Assembly: GCA_902802535.1 (NCBI GenBank)
Contig: CADCML010000007.1
Span: forward strand, 26,937 to 90,936
Direction: 5' to 3'
Source: an uncultured Bacteroidia bacterium
Lineage (GTDB): Bacteria > Bacteroidota > Bacteroidia > Bacteroidales > F082
DNA: 64,000 nucleotides
Shown here: in pieces, positions 27,618 to 40,032 of the stretch
Layout: each line of letters begins with the position of its first letter
Position numbering within the stretch: position 1 is the first letter of the stretch
Notes under the pieces: generated by a model
What the model was told of the DNA's origin: nothing
Seen by the model: only the letters and a program-made list of their open reading frames with translations
The model's database searches: none
Program-made: the position numbers and the translations under genes

Positions 27618-28841
27618 CTATACAAACAATTGTTGAGACTTGAATGTGGCGAACACGTCCACTGAATGAAATGTGACGGCATCCTCTTTTATGACCGAAA
27701 CCATGTTGCGATAATTGCGAGAGCCAAGATAGCTTCGGATGTTGAAAGAAGGGGCGTCTTCCAACAAATAGGCAGCCCCTTTCTGGTAAAGCACCACTTT
27801 ATCATAATACTCCACAACACAACCTTGTGGCACCACAACACTCTTCAGCGGTTTTTGTTTGCTCCATCCTGCACTCGGCTGAAAGTGGAATGCCTTGGTT
27901 GAGTATCGAACACCTCGACTCTCGTCGCCAGACATGATATTTATATTGACAATACTTCCGTCCTTTAGGATAAAGAAACTGTTGTGCTGACTGTTGAAAC
28001 AGTAACGGATATCATCTGTACCGATATTTGTGCTACTTCCAAGCATATCGCCAGACTTTACAATAGCCTCTCCAATCTTTGTAATCACTTTCTGTTCACG
28101 TACATCGAAACGGAAACGGGTATTGCTTGAAGACAGGTCGGCATTCTTCGTGGCATTCTGCAAATAGCTGAAAGAATTTGCAGAATCATAGTTTATTAAA
28201 TCCAAATTGCTCCAACCGGTTCTTACAGAGCGACCTGAAACATTGTCTTTATCCTTAATCCTCAACTTGTCCATACCAAGTGCATCGCCATAGAACAATC
28301 CGTTCTGATCGGCTGAAAGCACGACCATACCTCCACGAGCCGAGACAGAGATGATTTTTGAACCGAAACATTTGTCAAAACGCGAAGGATTGATAGGTAT
28401 GCGTGTCTGGGTAAAGTCGGGGTTGAGCCGTGAAGCCATCATCCCCGAACGATCAGCCACAAACATCTTCATACCATACATACATACATCCAACGGCAAC
28501 TCCGTCCATTTACCCATAGTCTGGCAATCCGCCTCTATGTCGGAAAAATCCAATTCGAACGACTCTTCTTTTGTGGCTCGCTGCCAGAGGTATTCGAGCG
28601 ACTTCTTTACCTCTTCTATGCCAAAGAGCAAATGCGCCGCCTTGCTGTTGTAGTATTCATTATGCAGGAATGAGAGCTTCAACAATTTCTCAAACCTGGG
28701 ATGGCGGTTGCACAATGCATAAACAACTGTGCGATATGGAATATAAAGAATCCTTCCGTCGGCCATGAACAGAAACAAATAACCTCCATAAAGGTAACTT
28801 TCAACGGTCTTTGCTTTTATGCTAAAATTAAGTGTTTTCAT
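27618..28841 (-). CDS. Hypothetical protein, 407 aa (no family recognised)
   Basis: A long clean ORF whose ATG overlaps the stop of the upstream 147-aa gene (ATGA). I saw no signal peptide or TM segment. Confidence 0.6.
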   Translation of the reverse strand: MKTLNFSIKAKTVESYLYGGYLFLFMADGRILYIPYRTVVYALCNRHPRFEKLLKLSFLHNEYYNSKAAHLLFGIEEVKKSLEYLWQRATKEESFELDFSDIEADCQTMGKWTELPLDVCMYGMKMFVADRSGMMASRLNPDFTQTRIPINPSRFDKCFGSKIISVSARGGMVVLSADQNGLFYGDALGMDKLRIKDKDNVSGRSVRTGWSNLDLINYDSANSFSYLQNATKNADLSSSNTRFRFDVREQKVITKIGEAIVKSGDMLGSSTNIGTDDIRYCFNSQHNSFFILKDGSIVNINIMSGDESRGVRYSTKAFHFQPSAGWSKQKPLKSVVVPQGCVVEYYDKVVLYQKGAAYLLEDAPSFNIRSYLGSRNYRNMVSVIKEDAVTFHSVDVFATFKSQQLFV

Positions 28842-29281
28842 AACTCATGGGCCAATAGTCGTCGGTAGGTTATCTCGCTTATCAATTGCTTGTTCTTCCA
28901 ATACTCCACAAGATCATCGCCAATACTCGCGCTATCTATAGGATAGCCGTGCCATGAATCTAACTCGTTGGAGGGCTTTGGGAAAAAGGCAAGGCGTTCT
29001 TCGTTGTCCTTCCCAAGGACATAGTCGCATCCGTCGAGCATAGAATATAATCCCTTTCCATCATCGTTCATCCAGCATTTTCTACCCCCTTTGGAGGTGT
29101 CAGGAGTGTCTGCAATTTCAAATACCTCATATTGTTCACTCTGCGTCAGTATCCATCTGTTCTTGTCATCCTTTTTCCTTGCAGTCGGGTTGTGATATGA
29201 AACTGGCTGATAGTAATGACCATTCGGTGTCGGACCGAATTTCCCTGCTATCATACTATGCGATGCAAAGACATGAGCCAT
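28838..29281 (-). CDS. Hypothetical protein, 147 aa (no family recognised)
   Basis: ATG start at 29281. It contains FFPKPSNELDSWHGYPI. It is coupled to the 407-aa gene. Confidence 0.55.
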   Translation of the reverse strand: MAHVFASHSMIAGKFGPTPNGHYYQPVSYHNPTARKKDDKNRWILTQSEQYEVFEIADTPDTSKGGRKCWMNDDGKGLYSMLDGCDYVLGKDNEERLAFFPKPSNELDSWHGYPIDSASIGDDLVEYWKNKQLISEITYRRLLAHEL

Positions 29282-29441
29282 ACGTGATGTTCGATATTAT
29301 TGCTAAAGTACAAAGTTTTCTTCAAAGCGATGAGAAAACCACCCGCTTTAGCTTTCTTTATTTATAGTATGGTCGCTTTCTATCAGCATCCTGAAACTAT
29401 CGGCATCACCACACTTGAAACTTGATGTCCGAAACTTGAAA

Positions 29442-30197
29442 CTAAATATGCTCCTCCACTCCCCTGAAATGCACATTCAATTCATGCAAATGCTCCAGAA
29501 GTGTTCCAAGTGATGTTCCCTCGGTCATCTTGGCGAAGGCATTGACATCCTTAGGGAAGCACTTGCCGCCATAGCCGAACTTGCCATCGGGACCTGGAAC
29601 GTAGGTGTGCGTGTCGTTGATATAGCCCGAGAGTAGAATGCCGGTATGCACCTTGCGCCAGTCGGCTCCCATCTGCTCGCAGTACTCACGGCAGGCGTTG
29701 AAGTAGGTGACCTTATAGGCTCCGAATACATTATGCATATACTTGGTGAGCTCGGCTTCCAAGGGGGTAATCACGGTGAACTTCTTGCCCACGAAGATCT
29801 TGGTAAGCAAGTCATGCGCCCCAGTAAACACCATGGTCTGCTTCTTGAAGTCCTCGATATGCGTACGTTCGGTGAGGAACTCGGGCATATAGTGCACCTT
29901 ATGTCCCGTCTCGCGCGAGAGCATCTCGCTGGTGCCAGGCAGGATGGTGGTGCGGACAAACACGGGCACATCTGGGAGTTTGGTAATCAACTCCTTCATG
30001 AGTCTCAGATCCTGTGTGCCGTCCTCTTCTGTAGGGACATGGATTTGCAAGAATGCAATGTCGATATTGCTCAAATCATCATTGTAGCCCTTGGGAGGGT
30101 CGCTGATGAAGAGTTTGCATTCGGGGTTGTTGTGTTCCAACCAATCTTTGAGGGCTCCACCCACGAAGCCACATCCGATGATTCCCACGTTGATCAT
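29442..30197 (-). CDS. Short nucleotide-sugar dehydrogenase-family protein lacking the C-terminal UDP-binding domain
   Basis: 251 aa. MINVGIIGCGFVGGAL (Rossmann) and GYGGKCFPKDV (the catalytic-Cys motif of UDP-glucose/GDP-mannose dehydrogenases). The protein ends about 40 residues after that motif. Confidence 0.6.
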   Translation of the reverse strand: MINVGIIGCGFVGGALKDWLEHNNPECKLFISDPPKGYNDDLSNIDIAFLQIHVPTEEDGTQDLRLMKELITKLPDVPVFVRTTILPGTSEMLSRETGHKVHYMPEFLTERTHIEDFKKQTMVFTGAHDLLTKIFVGKKFTVITPLEAELTKYMHNVFGAYKVTYFNACREYCEQMGADWRKVHTGILLSGYINDTHTYVPGPDGKFGYGGKCFPKDVNAFAKMTEGTSLGTLLEHLHELNVHFRGVEEHI

Positions 30198-30268
30198 CTT
30201 GTTGTTTTGTTTTTATAATAAATAAAAATTAAAAAATTAAGTTAATACAAATAAAATCGAGTCAAAGT

Positions 30269-31192
30269 TTAAAGGTTAGGTTGGTCTCGAAACAAATCCG
30301 AGTTAATATCTTCCTTCATCTCGTCAATAACCTTAAGGAGGTACTGTCCATACTGATTCTTGAGCATAGGTCTTGCTATCTCTCGCATGCGCTCCTCATT
30401 AATCCAACCATTGCGGTAAGCAATACCCTCAAGACAAGCCACTTTTAATCCCTGACGTTTCTCTATAACCTCCACGAAAGTCGAAGCCTCGCTTAACGAA
30501 TCATGGGTTCCTGTATCCAACCAAGCGAAGCCCCTTCCGAGGGTTTGTACTTTTAGTTCGCCCGCCTTCAGAAATTCCTGGTTCACAGTAGTAATTTCTA
30601 ATTCCCCACGAGCCGACGGCTTAATGTGCTTAGCTATGTTGACCACTTTGTTGGGGTAGAAATAGAGACCTACCACAGCATAGTTGCTTTTTGGTGCTTT
30701 AGGTTTTTCCTCTATGCTCAAGCAGTTGCCCTGTTTATCGAACTCTGCCACACCGTAGCGTTCTGGATCACTCACCCAATAGCCAAATACTGTCGCTTTT
30801 TTGTTCTGTTCCGCATCCTTCACAGCATTCTTTAACAGCGAAGTGAAACCACTGCCATAGAAAATATTGTCGCCTAAAACAAGACATGCACAATCGTCAC
30901 CAATAAACTTCTCGCCTATGATGAAAGCTTGCGCCAACCCGTCAGGACTTGGTTGTTCTGCGTATTCAAAATGAACACCATAATCTGAGCCGTTTCCTAA
31001 CAGGCGTTTGAAACCTGGCAAATCGTATGGTGTACTGATGATGAGAATATCTCTGATACCTGCCAACATCAAGGCAGAAATCGGATAATACACCATTGGC
31101 TTGTCGTAGATGGGAAGCAATTGCTTGCTCACCCCTTTCGTAATCGGGTACAACCTTGTTCCGGAACCGCCGGCAAGTACGATGCCTTTCAT
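30269..31192 (-). CDS. rfbA: Glucose-1-phosphate thymidylyltransferase
   Basis: [18 protein letters not shown]... from ATG 31192. The track start at 31222 adds 10 residues. Confidence 0.9.
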   Translation of the reverse strand: MKGIVLAGGSGTRLYPITKGVSKQLLPIYDKPMVYYPISALMLAGIRDILIISTPYDLPGFKRLLGNGSDYGVHFEYAEQPSPDGLAQAFIIGEKFIGDDCACLVLGDNIFYGSGFTSLLKNAVKDAEQNKKATVFGYWVSDPERYGVAEFDKQGNCLSIEEKPKAPKSNYAVVGLYFYPNKVVNIAKHIKPSARGELEITTVNQEFLKAGELKVQTLGRGFAWLDTGTHDSLSEASTFVEVIEKRQGLKVACLEGIAYRNGWINEERMREIARPMLKNQYGQYLLKVIDEMKEDINSDLFRDQPNL

Positions 31193-31461
31193 TGTTTTTG
31201 ATTTTAAGTGATATTTTTTCAACCTTGGGAAGGATTGTATAATCCATCTGTATGAAACTCATTTATGTTGACATAGCTGTCATGTTGTTTCGACAGCTTC
31301 GCCCCGTCAGTCACATTTTGTGTTGACAAACTAATGGTTTTGTGCAAGTTGCAAGACAAAGAAACGCATGAAGCATTATCTTCGTCTGCCTAATTATACA
31401 ATTATACAATTTGCAATATTATTAAATAATTCAATACCTTCGCTCAAAAAATCGAAAATTT

Positions 31462-32040
31462 TTAATTTTTAATTTCCATCATCTTCCTCCACTTGAAATA
31501 GCCGAATACCGCGATGATGACATACAAGGCATACAGGCTGGCTTTGAAGGGGATATCCTTGTAAAAATACAACGCACAGGTAACGATGTCGACCACAATC
31601 CATACGAACCACTGTTCCAGATACTTACGCGCCAAAGCCCAAATGCCGACAATGCTCAAGGCGGTGGTAAAAGCATCGGCCAAAGGGACATTGGAGTTGG
31701 TGAAACGGCTCAAAATAAAGTAGATGGCTGCCCATATTACTGCGGCAAGACCCATCCAGATAAAAGCCATGCGCTTGGGCATGTGTCGTATGGGAAGGTC
31801 GGTAGTTTTCTGTTTGTGACGCATCCATGCAATGAAGCCATAGACGGTCATGGCCAGATAGTAGAACTCCATGCCGCAGTCGGCGTAAAGTCCTTTCTGA
31901 TAGTACAATACGATACCCAACGACTGCATGACGAAGCCGACGACCCACATCCACACGCTGGCTTTGTATTCCAAAAGGATGTAGGCCAGTCCGAGTGTGG
32001 TAGTGGTGATGTCGAGCCAGTGGGCAGCAAGGAACTCCAT
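31462..32040 (-). CDS. pnuC: Nicotinamide riboside transporter PnuC family
   Basis: About 192 aa and polytopic: ...LEYKASVWMWVVGFVMQSLGIVLYYQKGLYADCGMEFYYLAMTVYGFIAWMRH. The track start is a GTG; the ATG at 32040 lies 2 nt after the upstream TGA. Confidence 0.75.
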   Translation of the reverse strand: MEFLAAHWLDITTTTLGLAYILLEYKASVWMWVVGFVMQSLGIVLYYQKGLYADCGMEFYYLAMTVYGFIAWMRHKQKTTDLPIRHMPKRMAFIWMGLAAVIWAAIYFILSRFTNSNVPLADAFTTALSIVGIWALARKYLEQWFVWIVVDIVTCALYFYKDIPFKASLYALYVIIAVFGYFKWRKMMEIKN

Positions 32041-32042
32041 AA

Positions 32043-33383
32043 TCACACCCTCTCTTTCATCTCATCGGCATAAGCGATGAATTCCCCAACATTCATGACT
32101 TTGAGAAACACCAGTCCGTGCGTGGCGCGGACGAGCGGATGTGCATTCTCATAGAAAAAGTTTTTCCCCAACACCAACTGTATGTCCTTCAACTGCTTTA
32201 CCCAGATTTGCTCTGCCAATTCGCTGAATGGGCCATCGAAGTCGGGGTTGGGAAACTCTGCCTTGACTTGGGTCAGGTAGCTGTCCTTGAAAGCTTTTTC
32301 GAAGACAGCGAAGGCGTTGAGCGAAACGGGTACGTAAACATTGGCTTCAGCAGGGTGGAAAGTCGACCACACATTGCGGTAACCGAAAATCCTCAAATCG
32401 CGCAAATCAGTTTCTTCATTCCACAGCCTTATGGCATCAGCAATGGTCTGCATGACCTTGTAATGCGTGTTGGGACCTTGACCCTCCGAGTCGATAGCCA
32501 CTGTGATGACCGTAGGTTTCAGCGTGCGTAGCTGGTTGAGGATGAGAGCAATGTCGCGCTGTTGGCTCAAACTCTTGGCCTCGGAGGCCTCGTTCCCACT
32601 TTCATACAGCTCCAACCTAAGATGGTGAATATGGTTCAGTGAAGTGCCAGCACCAGCCCAAACCAATTCTTCCTCAAACTCGCGTACCTGACCTTTGAGT
32701 TGTTGTATCTCGCGGCTGTTGGCCTTCCCCGCCTTGATGTTCTCTATCTCCGTCTGAAAACGTGTTTCAATGTCTTCAATGCTCTTCAGATTCCATAACC
32801 CTACAGCATCACGAACGATACGGTGGCAGAAACCACGCCGCATTTCATCAGGGTTCTTGCGAGCGATGTTGTCGAGATAATGATAGAGATCCTTCTCTTG
32901 TTTGAAGCGATATCCTTGTTCGAAGAAGTCGGGATAATGCACCATCTGAATGCGATCCTGATGAAGGTAGCCAAGGGTGTCTTGCAGTGCCTCCAACAAG
33001 AACGCATCGGTAACGCTGTGATAGCCCGACGTCATGATGGCAAAATGCACCTGGTTCGACGGCGTCCCTAACTGCCGGTTGATGAAAGGCATGATACCCA
33101 GCATGATGTCATCATGATGAGGACCTGTGTGGTAGATGACCTCGTTCTCAATGGGTTTCACACCACGCCAAAACTTGGTTTCCACATCAGCAATCACACG
33201 TTGCACCACATCAAGACTCAAGTTGGGAATCTTGGCACAGCGGGAGTCGTTTTGCAAGTCGTCAAGCGTCAGTTTATGGGCATAGTGGTCAAGGATTTTG
33301 CAAAGGCCAATGACTGCATGTTCGGTCTTTTCGAAGGTCCATGGGCCTTCGTCAAAATAGGAAGGGTTGGTTTTGTTGAACAT
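32043..33383 (-). CDS. PIG-L/LmbE-like domain protein (possibly related to the C-terminal extension of long Bacteroidetes NagB proteins)
   Basis: About 446 aa from ATG 33383. HTGPHHDDIMLG resembles the (A/P)HPDD motif of LmbE/PIG-L deacetylases. This assignment is tentative. Confidence 0.35.
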   Translation of the reverse strand: MFNKTNPSYFDEGPWTFEKTEHAVIGLCKILDHYAHKLTLDDLQNDSRCAKIPNLSLDVVQRVIADVETKFWRGVKPIENEVIYHTGPHHDDIMLGIMPFINRQLGTPSNQVHFAIMTSGYHSVTDAFLLEALQDTLGYLHQDRIQMVHYPDFFEQGYRFKQEKDLYHYLDNIARKNPDEMRRGFCHRIVRDAVGLWNLKSIEDIETRFQTEIENIKAGKANSREIQQLKGQVREFEEELVWAGAGTSLNHIHHLRLELYESGNEASEAKSLSQQRDIALILNQLRTLKPTVITVAIDSEGQGPNTHYKVMQTIADAIRLWNEETDLRDLRIFGYRNVWSTFHPAEANVYVPVSLNAFAVFEKAFKDSYLTQVKAEFPNPDFDGPFSELAEQIWVKQLKDIQLVLGKNFFYENAHPLVRATHGLVFLKVMNVGEFIAYADEMKERV

Positions 33384-33388
33384 ATAAC

Positions 33389-34693
33389 TCAATCCCGCTT
33401 GAAAATATCGCGGGTATAGACTTTATCTTTTACATCATCCAAACAGGAATCGTAGCGGTTGGCGATGATGGCTTGGCTTTGGCTTTGAGCCTTGAACTTG
33501 GCAATGTCATTTACCACAAGGCTACCGAAAAACGTCGTCCCATCAGATAAAGTAGGTTCATAAATAATGACCTCTGCACCTTTGGCCTTGATGCGTTTCA
33601 TCACGCCTTGGATGCTCGACTGGCGGAAATTGTCGCTGTTCGACTTCATCGTCAGGCGATACACACCGATGACGCAACGATGCTCATTGGCGGCATTGTA
33701 TTGGCCTTGGTCATAATAGTCATAATATCCAGCTTTCTTCAGCACCTGGTCAGCGATGAAATCCTTACGGGTGCGGTTACTTTCCACAATAGCACGTATC
33801 AAATCTTCTGGTACATCCTCGTAGTTGGCTAAAAGTTGCTTGGTGTCTTTGGGAAGACAATAGCCGCCATAACCGAAACTGGGGTTGTTGTAATGGCTGC
33901 CGATGCGCGGGTCAAGACAAATGCCGTCGATGATGGCTTGTGGGTCAAGACCTTTTACTTCGGCATAGGTATCCAATTCATTGAAATAACTTACACGCAA
34001 AGCCAAATAGGTGTTAGCAAAAAGCTTGACGGCCTCAGCCTCCTTCATGCCCATAAAGAGAGTCGGCACATCCTGCTTGATGGCACCTTGTTGAAGCAAG
34101 GAAGCAAAAGTCCTAGCTTTTTCTTCAAGGTCAACGCTGACTACCTTGCGGATGGCTTCATTTTCTTCGTCAAAACCATCGATTTGCTTGGGATAACCAA
34201 CGATGATGCGGCTGGGATAGAGGTTGTCGTACAAAGCTTTACTCTCGCGCAAAAACTCGGGCGAGAAGAGCAGGTTGAATTTCTTGACACCTTTGGCCGC
34301 ATATTTCACATAAAGGCTACGGGTGTAACCTACAGGAATGGTAGATTTTATAACCATTACCGCGTCAGGATTGACCTTCAGGACTAAATCTATCACTTCC
34401 TCAACATGGCTCGTGTCGAAGAAATTCTTTTGCGGGTCGTAGTTGGTCGGGGCGGCGATGACAACAAACTCAGCATCACGATAAGCCGAGGCTCCGTCCA
34501 AAGTGGCTGTCAGGTCAAGTTCTTTTTCGGCCAGGTATTTTTCGATGTACTCGTCCTGAATGGGCGATTTCTTGTGGTTGATGAGGTCGACCTTTTCAGG
34601 GATGACGTCAACAGCGGTAACGTGGTTGTGTTGTGCCAACAAGGTGGCAATGCTCAGGCCCACGTAGCCTGTGCCTGCTACTGCGATATTCAT
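33389..34693 (-). CDS. ugd: UDP-glucose 6-dehydrogenase
   Basis: 434 aa. [16 protein letters not shown] and [10 protein letters not shown]. Confidence 0.85.
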   Translation of the reverse strand: MNIAVAGTGYVGLSIATLLAQHNHVTAVDVIPEKVDLINHKKSPIQDEYIEKYLAEKELDLTATLDGASAYRDAEFVVIAAPTNYDPQKNFFDTSHVEEVIDLVLKVNPDAVMVIKSTIPVGYTRSLYVKYAAKGVKKFNLLFSPEFLRESKALYDNLYPSRIIVGYPKQIDGFDEENEAIRKVVSVDLEEKARTFASLLQQGAIKQDVPTLFMGMKEAEAVKLFANTYLALRVSYFNELDTYAEVKGLDPQAIIDGICLDPRIGSHYNNPSFGYGGYCLPKDTKQLLANYEDVPEDLIRAIVESNRTRKDFIADQVLKKAGYYDYYDQGQYNAANEHRCVIGVYRLTMKSNSDNFRQSSIQGVMKRIKAKGAEVIIYEPTLSDGTTFFGSLVVNDIAKFKAQSQSQAIIANRYDSCLDDVKDKVYTRDIFKRD

Positions 34694-34712
34694 GGTTTTA
34701 TATTATTTACTT

Positions 34713-36472
<1,760 letters not shown>

Positions 36473-36516
36473 GGTATTTAAATGTTTAATTGTTAACTGT
36501 TTAATGATTGATTTGA

Positions 36517-38688
36517 TTATGATAAATGCTTTTTGATGTAATCCTGAATAGATTTATCGAACTCCTTGGTCTCTTCGCGAATCTGTTGGACGAAACCAAC
36601 TTCATCGAGCTTGCCGATGACGGCGATTTTTTCGTCTTCATTGCGGAAAGTAGCGTTGCGGAATTCGTTTTCGTAATCTTTCTTGCGGCTTTCGTAAACT
36701 TGGTCGCAGATGAAGTGTTGGATACGGATGGCCTTTTCCAAATTCTCAAGCCACATTTCTTTAGTTAGAATATCGGCGTCGTCCTTGTAAAGGAACATCA
36801 ACGAGAAATAGGCATGGCGCAGTTTTTCTGCCTGATAGTTTTCCCACAACTCGTCGTAGCGGTGATGGATTTCATCCCAGGTGTTGAGCACGCCGTCACG
36901 GATGTCGGCACGAAGCTGGTCAACATCATCTTCCGGCATGGTCTGGCCGCCAAGATTAATCCACTTGCGGAGGCGCATACCTCTCATCTGGTTCACGATG
37001 GTTTCCATGTCCGTATCGGGATGGGCTTCCAAATAACGCATCAAGGTATTGACGGCATAAAAGGTAATCATATCGCCATAAGCATGATAAGCCTCCAAAG
37101 GTTTGAGAATACGCACTTTACGTTTGCCTTTCTCCATGTGCTCGCCAAAGACATCCAACGATTTCACCGTTTTAGGTTCGTTGTCAAAGAGGTTCTTGCC
37201 GCATTCGCGAAGGTCGTAATACTCATATTTTTCGGGGTTTTCACCTTTTTTGCGGAGATAAGCCTTGGCTACCCAAACTTCCAACAATTTGCGCCCTTCA
37301 ATGATTTCTTCGATAGTATCTGGCGCAAGTGTTTCAAACTCAATATTTTGAATCTTACGTTTGCGCTTGTCGCGCTTCACATATTTCGAAGTGTTGCGCG
37401 CTATGGCGTACATGTTGTACATCCACCAATAGGCGGGCATGACCTCCAACTCGTCCTTTGATACATTGTTGTTCACCAAGCAGAACGGCAACATAATGTT
37501 GAGTTCGCTCGGATAATCGGCCTTGGAGAGCAATGTGAACGAAGCAAACTTGGAAGAGTGCTTCACGCTGGAGCAAAGTCCCGGCCAGAAACCGCGCGAG
37601 ACAGTGGCACCCGCTGCCATATTGCTTTGTCCCATCACGCACGCGGAAATGAGGAATGAGTTGTTATGGTGTTGTTCGTGCGAGGGGAAAATCAGGTTAT
37701 TCAAAACTTCGCAGCAAGAAATGGTGGAATTATCGCCCAGTACTGAATGTATGAGGCGCGCGCCATATTTCAGGTTGCAGTTGTCGCCCAGCACGAAGCG
37801 CGTGGCTACAACAGAATAGAAAATGCGGCAGCCGTAGCCCGTTACGCCGTTCACCAAAATGACACCTTCACCAATCTGCGAAGGTTCCTCTTCCGAAGAA
37901 TTGATGGTGATGTTCTTCAATTTGCTTGCACCTTTAATATAACAGTGCGGCCCGACTTTGGCATCCTTCAGAATCCAGCAGTTCTTGATGACGCACGATT
38001 CTCCGATGGTACCATAATAACCACGGTGGAAGTCGACGCTGTTTTGGGTAATCTCCTTGAGACGTTCTTGCAATTTGGTGTCGTCAGTGTATTTCGCCCA
38101 AAGATAAGCGTCAGCAGTAATCATGCCGTCGAAAGGCAGGATTTTACGGGTTCCGATTTCGTTCATCACCTCAAGCCACACACGCACATCCTCCGGCTCG
38201 CCTTCTTTAATAGTGCCGTTGCCGAATTTGGAGTGGTCGGTGGTGGAGATTTCCTGGATGTTGAACAGAATGCAACGGTCGCCGATGATGTAATTGGCCA
38301 TGTAATGTACATCGTGGATGGCCACATCGTCACCAATGTCGCAAGAGATGATGCTACTGTTGGAAATGCCGACCGGCACACGAAGGTCGTGATATTGCAG
38401 CACCTTACGGCTAATCCGACCGATGCGAATCTTTCCGAAGAAATGGTTGTTATGAACCATGTTGGTGTCGAACTCATCCGTTACCCAAATGTCTTCCCAA
38501 TTGGTCGCAGAATTGGCATTTTTCACCAAACGTTCAATTTCATCGGTATGCAAGCGCCGCCAGCCGCCTTCGGGTTTCTTTACCTGCAGGTTGCGGTAAT
38601 AATATTCGTCGTGACCGTCATGCAAATACTTCTCGTCGATGAAGTTTTTATATATCCGGTCATAGTCAATGATAGTTACTTTATCCAT
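36517..38688 (-). CDS. Large conserved Bacteroidota protein with beta-helix-like repeats (DUF4954-like by memory)
   Basis: 723 aa. It has repeated I/V-G-D/N hexapeptide-like stretches in the first half and sits next to nagB, as I recall for DUF4954 proteins. The name is unverified. Confidence 0.45.
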   Translation of the reverse strand: MDKVTIIDYDRIYKNFIDEKYLHDGHDEYYYRNLQVKKPEGGWRRLHTDEIERLVKNANSATNWEDIWVTDEFDTNMVHNNHFFGKIRIGRISRKVLQYHDLRVPVGISNSSIISCDIGDDVAIHDVHYMANYIIGDRCILFNIQEISTTDHSKFGNGTIKEGEPEDVRVWLEVMNEIGTRKILPFDGMITADAYLWAKYTDDTKLQERLKEITQNSVDFHRGYYGTIGESCVIKNCWILKDAKVGPHCYIKGASKLKNITINSSEEEPSQIGEGVILVNGVTGYGCRIFYSVVATRFVLGDNCNLKYGARLIHSVLGDNSTISCCEVLNNLIFPSHEQHHNNSFLISACVMGQSNMAAGATVSRGFWPGLCSSVKHSSKFASFTLLSKADYPSELNIMLPFCLVNNNVSKDELEVMPAYWWMYNMYAIARNTSKYVKRDKRKRKIQNIEFETLAPDTIEEIIEGRKLLEVWVAKAYLRKKGENPEKYEYYDLRECGKNLFDNEPKTVKSLDVFGEHMEKGKRKVRILKPLEAYHAYGDMITFYAVNTLMRYLEAHPDTDMETIVNQMRGMRLRKWINLGGQTMPEDDVDQLRADIRDGVLNTWDEIHHRYDELWENYQAEKLRHAYFSLMFLYKDDADILTKEMWLENLEKAIRIQHFICDQVYESRKKDYENEFRNATFRNEDEKIAVIGKLDEVGFVQQIREETKEFDKSIQDYIKKHLS

Positions 38689-38871
38689 TAATGTAATTTG
38701 GTATTTATTTAGTTTTCAATAGATTAGTTGTTTTCAATAAAATTTCGACTGAGTTCGGGTTATGCCCGTCGTCCCAGTCTGAAATTACGGAAAAGGACTA
38801 ACCACGACACCGTAGCGAATGCCGATTCTCCTGAAAACCGATGAATAAATTGCTACGAACATGAGATTGGT

Positions 38872-40014
38872 TTATCTGTTTTTATACATGTCGTCGTAAT
38901 ACTTCTGGTAGTCGCCAGAGGTGACATTGTCCATCCATTCTTGGTTGTCCAAATACCAGCGGACGGTTTTTTCGATGCCCTCCTCGAACTGGAGGCTCGG
39001 TTCCCAGCCCAATTCCTTTTGGAGTTTCGTGGAGTCGATGGCATAGCGCAAGTCGTGGCCGGCGCGGTCAGTGACGTATGTAATCAAATCCATGTCGGCA
39101 CCTTCGGGACGACCAAGCAAGCGGTCAACAGTGTTAATCAAAACCTTGATGAGGTCGATGTTCTTCCACTCGTTGAAGCCGCCGATGTTGTAGGTTTCGG
39201 CAATCTTGCCCTCATGGAAAATCAAGTCAATTGCCCTTGCATGGTCTTCCACATACAACCAGTCACGCACGTTCTCGCCTTTACCGTAAACGGGCAACGG
39301 CTTGCGATGGCGAATGTTGTTGATGAACAACGGTATCAGTTTCTCGGGGAACTGGTACGGGCCATAATTGTTGGAGCAATTGGTCACCACTGTCGGCAGG
39401 CCGTAGGTGTCGTGGAAAGCACGCACAAAATGGTCGCTACTGGCTTTGGCCGCACTATAAGGGCTGTGCGGCTGATATTTCAAATCCTCAGTGAAGAACT
39501 TGCTGCCGTAGGCCAAATGGTGTTTGCCACTGCTGGCCTTAGTGCTGAACGGCGGCATGATGCCTTCGGGATCGGTCAGTTCAAGGGCACCGTAGACTTC
39601 ATCGGTGGAGATATGATAAAAGCGTTTGCCTTCCCATTTCTCCGGCAGGCTTTCCCAATAAAGTTTGGCGGCCTGCAACAGACTTAGAGTTCCCATCACG
39701 TTGGTCTGCGCAAAGGTGAACGGGTCTTTAATCGACCTATCCACATGACTCTCAGCGGCAAGGTGGATGATGCCGTCCACATGCTCGTCCTGCATCAACT
39801 TGTAAATCGTCTCGAAGTCGCAAATGTCGGCCTTAACGAATTTGTAGTTCGGCTTGTCCTCGATGTCTTTCAGGTTGGCCAAGTTGCCGGCGTAGGTCAG
39901 CTTGTCGAGGTTGATGATTTTGTATTCGGGATACTTGTTCACAAACAGGCGCACGACATGGTTTCCGATGAAGCCCGCTCCGCCAGTGATGATGATGGTT
40001 CTTTTAAAGTTCAT
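38872..40014 (-). CDS. rfbB: dTDP-glucose 4,6-dehydratase
   Basis: 380 aa. [22 protein letters not shown], and YSAAKASSD (YxxxK). Confidence 0.9.
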   Translation of the reverse strand: MNFKRTIIITGGAGFIGNHVVRLFVNKYPEYKIINLDKLTYAGNLANLKDIEDKPNYKFVKADICDFETIYKLMQDEHVDGIIHLAAESHVDRSIKDPFTFAQTNVMGTLSLLQAAKLYWESLPEKWEGKRFYHISTDEVYGALELTDPEGIMPPFSTKASSGKHHLAYGSKFFTEDLKYQPHSPYSAAKASSDHFVRAFHDTYGLPTVVTNCSNNYGPYQFPEKLIPLFINNIRHRKPLPVYGKGENVRDWLYVEDHARAIDLIFHEGKIAETYNIGGFNEWKNIDLIKVLINTVDRLLGRPEGADMDLITYVTDRAGHDLRYAIDSTKLQKELGWEPSLQFEEGIEKTVRWYLDNQEWMDNVTSGDYQKYYDDMYKNR

Positions 40015-40032
40015 GGTTTATGTATTATTGTT

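Noticed and set aside
27434-27682. 82-aa minus-strand ORF between the epimerase gene and the 407-aa gene
   Set aside because: It overlaps the 3' end of the 407-aa gene and spans the 22-nt motif. It has no motifs or plausible start context. It is probably non-coding spacer.
31223-31461. Search for an invertible promoter or UpxY-type leader upstream of rfbA, and a riboswitch for pnuC
   Set aside because: I found no inverted repeats flanking a promoter-sized segment. No NusG-like ORF is present, and pnuC has no leader because it is coupled to the upstream gene.
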